Shown here: positions 59,111 through 64,000 of the stretch, in pieces
Layout of the letters: every line of letters starts with the position of its first letter
How positions within the stretch are numbered: the first letter of the stretch is position 1
Assembly (NCBI GenBank): GCA_963817955.1
Contig: CAWFQK010000004.1
Span: 1,056,001-1,120,000 of the forward strand
Direction of reading: 5' to 3'
Source of the DNA: an uncultured Gemmatimonadaceae bacterium
GTDB lineage: Bacteria > Gemmatimonadota > Gemmatimonadetes > Gemmatimonadales > Gemmatimonadaceae
DNA length: 64,000 bases
The notes under the pieces: model-generated
The model's database searches: none
The model's input: only the letters and a program-made list of their open reading frames with translations
Told to the model about the DNA's origin: nothing
Translations under genes and position numbers: made by a program

Positions 59111-60514
59111 ATGAGCGCGCCGGACACTCAATTGCCCGGATCCGTCGAGCAGCCGCACCTCCTGCGCCGGTTCAGCCTGCTCCCCGCGACCGCGCTGAAC
59201 ATGACCAACATGATCGGCGTTGGACCGTTCATCACGATCCCCCTGCTCATGTCGGCGCTGGGCGGTCCTCAGGCGATGCTGGGCTGGATCGTCGCGCTCG
59301 TCATCGTCGTGTGCGACGGGATGGTGTGGAGCGAGCTCGGTGCGGCAATGCCCGGATCGGGCGGCTCGTTCCACTACCTGCGCGAAGCGTTCGGGCGGGA
59401 GACAGTTGGACGTCTGATGGCGTTCCTGTTCGTCTGGCAATTCGTCCTCAGCGGCCCACTCGAGATCGCGTCGGGGTACATCGGGTTCGCGGACTACTCG
59501 AGCTACATCTGGAAGGGAATCACGCGTCCCGAGTCCATCGGACTCATTACCATCGTGGGGCTGGTCAACATTGCCCTGCTCTACCGGCGCATCCACTCGA
59601 TTGCCGTGATCACCATCTCACTGTGGATCGGCACGTTGATCACGGTGCTCGCGGTGATCGTGACCGGGGCGATGCACTTCAACTCGCATGTCGCGTTCGA
59701 TTTTCCGCCGGGCGCGTTCAACTTCTCCCTCGGGTTCTTCATCGGAATTGGCGTGGCGTCGCGCATCGGGATCTACGACTACCTGGGCTACTACGACGTC
59801 TGCTACATCGGCGACGAGGTGCGCGACCCTGGGCGCGTCATCCCGCGTTCGATCCTCATCAGCACCGCTGCGGTGGCGGTCATCTATCTGGGGATCAATC
59901 TCTCGATCATCGGGGTGGTGCCCTGGCGGGAGTTCGTGCCGGCCGCCGCACACGCCGAGTCGAACTTCATCGTCTCGATCTTCATGCAGAAGATCTACGG
60001 CGCACACGTCGCGACGGCGTTCACGCTCCTCGTCTTGTGGACCGCGTTCGGATCTGTGTTTGCGTTGCTGCTGGGCTACTCGCGTATTCCATACGCCGCA
60101 GCCGAGAGCGGCTACTTCTTTCGCGCATTCGGGCGGCTCCACGCCACGAAAGATTTTCCGTACGTCTCACTGATCGTGCTGGGCGTCATCTCCATCTTCG
60201 CCGGGTTCTTCTCGCTCGGCACTGTCATTGACGCGCTCATCGTCACGCGCATCCTCGTGCAGTTCATAGGGCAGATCTTCGGCCTCATTCTTCTGCGCCG
60301 GCGGGCACCAGACATGGCTCGACCCTATCGTATGTGGCTGTACCCGATCCCGGCATTGGTCGCGCTGCTCGGGTGGATCTTCGTCTTCGCGACCACCCAG
60401 TGGATGGTGATCCTGTTTGGCGTGGGGGTCCTCGCGCTGGGTTGCCTCGCATTTCTGTTCTGGTCGTGGAACACCAAGCGTTGGCCCTTCGGCCTCGAGG
60501 AGGCGACATCGTGA
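59111..60514 (+). CDS. APC family amino-acid/amine permease
   Basis: NMIGVGPF, ELGAAMPGSGG.F.YL, GDEVRDP.R.IPRSI; about 12 TMs. Confidence 0.9.
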   Translation: MSAPDTQLPGSVEQPHLLRRFSLLPATALNMTNMIGVGPFITIPLLMSALGGPQAMLGWIVALVIVVCDGMVWSELGAAMPGSGGSFHYLREAFGRETVGRLMAFLFVWQFVLSGPLEIASGYIGFADYSSYIWKGITRPESIGLITIVGLVNIALLYRRIHSIAVITISLWIGTLITVLAVIVTGAMHFNSHVAFDFPPGAFNFSLGFFIGIGVASRIGIYDYLGYYDVCYIGDEVRDPGRVIPRSILISTAAVAVIYLGINLSIIGVVPWREFVPAAAHAESNFIVSIFMQKIYGAHVATAFTLLVLWTAFGSVFALLLGYSRIPYAAAESGYFFRAFGRLHATKDFPYVSLIVLGVISIFAGFFSLGTVIDALIVTRILVQFIGQIFGLILLRRRAPDMARPYRMWLYPIPALVALLGWIFVFATTQWMVILFGVGVLALGCLAFLFWSWNTKRWPFGLEEATS

Positions 60515-63138
60515 AGCGGATCCTGACAGCCATCGTACTGCTCGCTGTCGCGCGTGTCGCGCATTCGCAGGAGCGGCAGATGCTGCAGGCCGGCTGGCTC
60601 GTACAGTCATCGGCCAGCGCCGGCGTGGACGGCATGCGCATCTCCTCACCGGCGTACCACACGGCGGGATGGTATCGCGCCACGGTGCCATCGACCGTCG
60701 TTGGATCGCTCGTCGAGGCCGGCGTGTATCGCGACCCGTTCTTCGGGATGAACCTCCGCACGCTGCCGGGAATGACCTATGCGATTGGCGCGAACTTCGT
60801 GCATACCGCAATGTCGCCAGCGAGCCCATTCGCCGTGCCGTGGTGGTACCGCACCAGCTTCCACGTACCAGCGGCTATGCGAGGCAGGCGACTTGCGCTG
60901 CAGTTCAATGGCATCAACTACCGGGCAAATATCTGGCTGAACGGCCGGCGGTTGGCAGACTCGAGCCGCGTGGCCGGCACTTACCGACACTACGAGCTGG
61001 ATGTCACGGATGCGGTGCGGCCGGCCGGCGCCAACGTCCTCGCCGTCGAGATCTTTGCGCCGACCCCGCCCGACCTGCAAACGACGTGGGTGGACTGGAA
61101 CCCGTCACCGCCGGACAAGGACATGGGGATCTGGCAGCCGGCATTCCTCGCCGCAACCGGAGACGTGGTCGTGCGTGACCCACTCGTCGTGAGTCACGTG
61201 GATACAGCCACGCTGCGCAGCGCCGAGCTGACCGTGGCGGCGAACGTCAGAAATCTCTCATCCCATGCGGTGACCGGTGTCTTGCGCGGCCACGTCGGTC
61301 AAGTCGCGTTCAGTCGATCGGTAACGTTGGCGCCGCACGACAGCGCGTTCGTGCGCTTCACGCCGGACAGCTTCCCACAGCTCCGCTTGCGGAATCCGCG
61401 GCTCTGGTGGCCCGCTGAAATGGGACGTCCGGAGCTGAACGATCTGGACATCGAGTTCGCCGCTGGCGGGCGAGTATCGGACCGCCAGCATATCCGCTTC
61501 GGGATCCGCGAGATCACGAGCGAAATGACGAGCAAGGGCGCACGCCTCTTCCGCGTTAACGGGCGTCGCATCCTCGTCCGCGGCGGCGGCTGGGCGCCGG
61601 ACATGTTCTTTCGACCGCAACCGGAGCGGCAAACCGCGCAGCTGCGCTACGCGCTGGACATGCATCTCAACACCATTCGACTGGAAGGCAACTACGAGGA
61701 CGACCGGTTCTGGCAGCAGACCGACAGCCTCGGCGTGCTCGTCATGAGCGGCTGGGTGTGCTGCCTCGCATGGGAGGAGTGGCCGAAGTGGGGCGCGGAG
61801 CAGTACGCGGTGGCGGCGGCCTCACTGCGCGATCAGATCCGGCGACTGCGCGCCCACCCCAGCGCGCTCGTCTGGCTCAATGGCAGCGACAACCCACCGC
61901 CGGCAAATGTCGAGCAGATGTATCTGGACATCGAGCGCCAGGAAGCGTGGCCCAACCCAACGCTCTCCTCGGCAAGCGCAAAGCCGGCGCAGTTCTCGGG
62001 GGCAAGCGGCGTGAAGATGACCGGACCATACGACTGGGTGCCCCCGTCGTATTGGCTTCAGGACAGCACCCACGGTGGCGCATGGGGCTACAACACGGAG
62101 ACCAGCCCCGGCGCGGCAGTCCCGCCGATCGAGAGCATGCAGCAGATGATCCCCGCGCGCGACATCGCATGGCCGCTGGACAGCGTGTGGCTCTATCATG
62201 CCGCGGGCGGCCAGTTCACCCATCTGCTCGACCGGTTCAACACGGCGCTGTCCACGCGCTACGGCGCGCCAACGAGCATTCGGGACTACACCGTCAAGTC
62301 GCAGCTCATGACCTATGAAGGTGAACGTGCGATGTTCGAGGCATACCGCCGCAACGCGTACGGTTCCACCGGCGTGATTCAGTGGATGCTCAACAACGCG
62401 TGGCCCTCGATCTACTGGCATCTCTTCGACTGGTACCTGCGACCCGCGGGAGGCTACTTCGGCACCAAGAAAGCGAACGAGCCCGTCCATGTATTGTTCT
62501 CGTATGACGACCGGTCCGTGGCCGTGGTGAACGCCACGCGCACGTCACTGCGCGGCACGCACCTCCGAGCGCGAGTGCTCGGGCTCGACGGTTCGGAAAA
62601 GCTGGCGCGCGACACCGTGTTCGACGTGCCCGCTGACAGCAGCCTACGAATGTTCATGCTCCCGGAGCCGCCGAACACGTCGGGCGCCTATTTCGTGGAC
62701 CTGCGGCTGACCGGTGCCGACGGACGGGCGATCAGCACAAACTTTTATTGGCTGTCCACACACCCAGACGTGCTGGCCGACACGTCGACGTGGTACGTGA
62801 CACCCGTCAAGGCGTATGCGGATCTTACGGCACTCTCCGGCATGCCGGCGGCCCAGGTGACGGCCAGTGTCCACTTCAGCGGCGGCGGCGGCGGGACGGA
62901 CGAGGCGCGAGTCACTCTCAGGAATCCTGGCACGACGATCGCTTTCTTCCTGCGGCTGCAGGTGACCGGGCGCGGAGGGGCAGAAGCGCTCCCGGTTTTT
63001 TGGGATGACAATGACCTCTCGCTGCTGCCGGGAGAAACGCGCGTGGTGACGGCACGGTACCGCACACGCGACCTACACGACTCGCCGCCGCGGCTCGTGG
63101 TGAGTGGGTGGAACGTACCGCAAGTCACGCTCAGGTGA
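60511..63138 (+). CDS. GH2 exo-beta-D-glucosaminidase (CsxA-like), secreted
   Basis: DWNP, RGGGW, IRLEG, GWVCC, NGSD, GPYDWVPP.YW, GGAWGYNTET, WMLNNAWPS. Confidence 0.82.
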   Translation: MKRILTAIVLLAVARVAHSQERQMLQAGWLVQSSASAGVDGMRISSPAYHTAGWYRATVPSTVVGSLVEAGVYRDPFFGMNLRTLPGMTYAIGANFVHTAMSPASPFAVPWWYRTSFHVPAAMRGRRLALQFNGINYRANIWLNGRRLADSSRVAGTYRHYELDVTDAVRPAGANVLAVEIFAPTPPDLQTTWVDWNPSPPDKDMGIWQPAFLAATGDVVVRDPLVVSHVDTATLRSAELTVAANVRNLSSHAVTGVLRGHVGQVAFSRSVTLAPHDSAFVRFTPDSFPQLRLRNPRLWWPAEMGRPELNDLDIEFAAGGRVSDRQHIRFGIREITSEMTSKGARLFRVNGRRILVRGGGWAPDMFFRPQPERQTAQLRYALDMHLNTIRLEGNYEDDRFWQQTDSLGVLVMSGWVCCLAWEEWPKWGAEQYAVAAASLRDQIRRLRAHPSALVWLNGSDNPPPANVEQMYLDIERQEAWPNPTLSSASAKPAQFSGASGVKMTGPYDWVPPSYWLQDSTHGGAWGYNTETSPGAAVPPIESMQQMIPARDIAWPLDSVWLYHAAGGQFTHLLDRFNTALSTRYGAPTSIRDYTVKSQLMTYEGERAMFEAYRRNAYGSTGVIQWMLNNAWPSIYWHLFDWYLRPAGGYFGTKKANEPVHVLFSYDDRSVAVVNATRTSLRGTHLRARVLGLDGSEKLARDTVFDVPADSSLRMFMLPEPPNTSGAYFVDLRLTGADGRAISTNFYWLSTHPDVLADTSTWYVTPVKAYADLTALSGMPAAQVTASVHFSGGGGGTDEARVTLRNPGTTIAFFLRLQVTGRGGAEALPVFWDDNDLSLLPGETRVVTARYRTRDLHDSPPRLVVSGWNVPQVTLR

Positions 63139-63746
63139 TGACGCAACGAGACACCATGCCAGAAGAAACAGAGATCGATACCGACAAGCTCCGCGAGACC
63201 ATCGACGACGAGATCGAGAAGACCGGCGGCACCATGCTCCGGATCGTCGCCTTATGTACTGCGATCCTCGCCGCCGTGACGGCGGTCGTGTCGTTGCACG
63301 CCGGCTCCACGATCAATGAGGCGCTGGTGCTGAAGAGCGAAGCGACCGCGTTACAGGCGCGGGCCTCCGACCAATGGTCCTATTATCAGGCCAAGGGCAT
63401 CAAGAGCGCCATCGCGAGCAGCATGGCCAGCAGTTATGTCGCCGCGGGGCGTGTCGCACCGGACTCTATGCGCGCCACGGCCGCGCGGTACATCAGCGAG
63501 CAGTCGGCAATTCAGACGGCGGCGCGCAAACTCGAGGCAGAGCGCGATGCCAAATCCAACGAGGCCGACCAGCTCCTCGCGAAACACCACCAGTACGCGT
63601 TCGCCGTCGCCCTGCTCCAGGTCGCGATCGCGCTCGGAGCCGTGGCCGCCCTGACCAGGCAGCGAGCGGCGCTGGCTCTCTCGTTGGTTGCGGGATTGAC
63701 CGGGATCGTGGTGTCGCTCAGCGCCGCGCTTCGGCACTACGGTTGA
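63138..63746 (+). CDS. DUF4337 family membrane protein (alternative start 63156)
   Basis: TGATG coupling; ASDQWSYYQAKGIK, ALLQVAIAL. Confidence 0.82.
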   Translation: MTQRDTMPEETEIDTDKLRETIDDEIEKTGGTMLRIVALCTAILAAVTAVVSLHAGSTINEALVLKSEATALQARASDQWSYYQAKGIKSAIASSMASSYVAAGRVAPDSMRATAARYISEQSAIQTAARKLEAERDAKSNEADQLLAKHHQYAFAVALLQVAIALGAVAALTRQRAALALSLVAGLTGIVVSLSAALRHYG

Positions 63747-63787
63747 TTGCGGGAGGGAGGCACCGCAACTCCGCCAATCGAACTCGA

Positions 63788-63821
63788 GGGACACGGGACA
63801 CGGGACACGGGACACGGGACA
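63788..63821 (+). repeat. Heptamer tract (GGGACAC)x4+
   Basis: Perfect tandem 7-mers after the DUF4337 stop. Confidence 0.85.
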
Positions 63822-63854
63822 ACGGCTGACTGCGTGCTAACTGCGCTAACTGCG

Positions 63855-64000
63855 GGCTTGGGCTCCGGGTGTTGACCGGCTGGATGTCGCTGGCTGCTCC
63901 GTAGCGGTCGGCCCACCGGTCGGCGAGTTTCGAGTTGCCAGTTGTGAGTTATGCGTTATGCGTTTTTAGCAACCCACAACTCACGACTCACAACTGGACA
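63855..64000 (+). repeat. Dispersed element copy 5 with the start of an inverted arm (runs off window)
   Basis: 63871-63956 identical to 19445-19530; ends ...ctcacaactggaca, the beginning of the inverted arm. Confidence 0.92.

Noticed and set aside
19428..64000. Dispersed element as a CRISPR array or integron attC set
   Set aside because: Copies are kilobases apart and in both orientations; there is no repeat-spacer periodicity, no cas or intI gene, and no clear RYYYAAC/GTTRRRY ends.

Overview
High-GC bacterial chromosomal DNA. The gene mix (orphan duplicated ABC permease, carboxypeptidase-domain TonB-like receptor, many secreted M1/M28/S41 peptidases with GGRGG linkers) suggests Gemmatimonadota or a similar soil lineage; this is inference. 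About 50 CDS are supported. Envelope and proteolysis: M28, two M1, S41, DegP-like protease, amidase, L,D-transpeptidase, SPFH. DNA enzymes: a stand-alone LigD-type ligase, an intact family-B polymerase, and Uma2 and HNH nucleases. Also present: an ACP/FabF-like/alpha-oxoamine-synthase mini-cluster, a duplicated CckA-like two-component module that includes a His-to-Gln pseudokinase, a frameshifted PAS kinase, a KdpE/KdpD-like pair in front of a KimA-like K+ permease, DUF4254 plus GT9, and an APC permease coupled to a CsxA-like exo-beta-glucosaminidase. I found no rRNA, tRNA, CRISPR, transposase, integrase or reverse transcriptase. The most striking non-coding signal is a ~100-170 bp dispersed intergenic element with 5 copies. 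It has a hairpin core with G-U pairs and one compensatory change, and tails built from 7-nt repeats. It occurs tail-to-tail, once as an inverted pair bracketing a whole gene. Start codons were chosen by eye and product calls come from motif recognition, not database searches.
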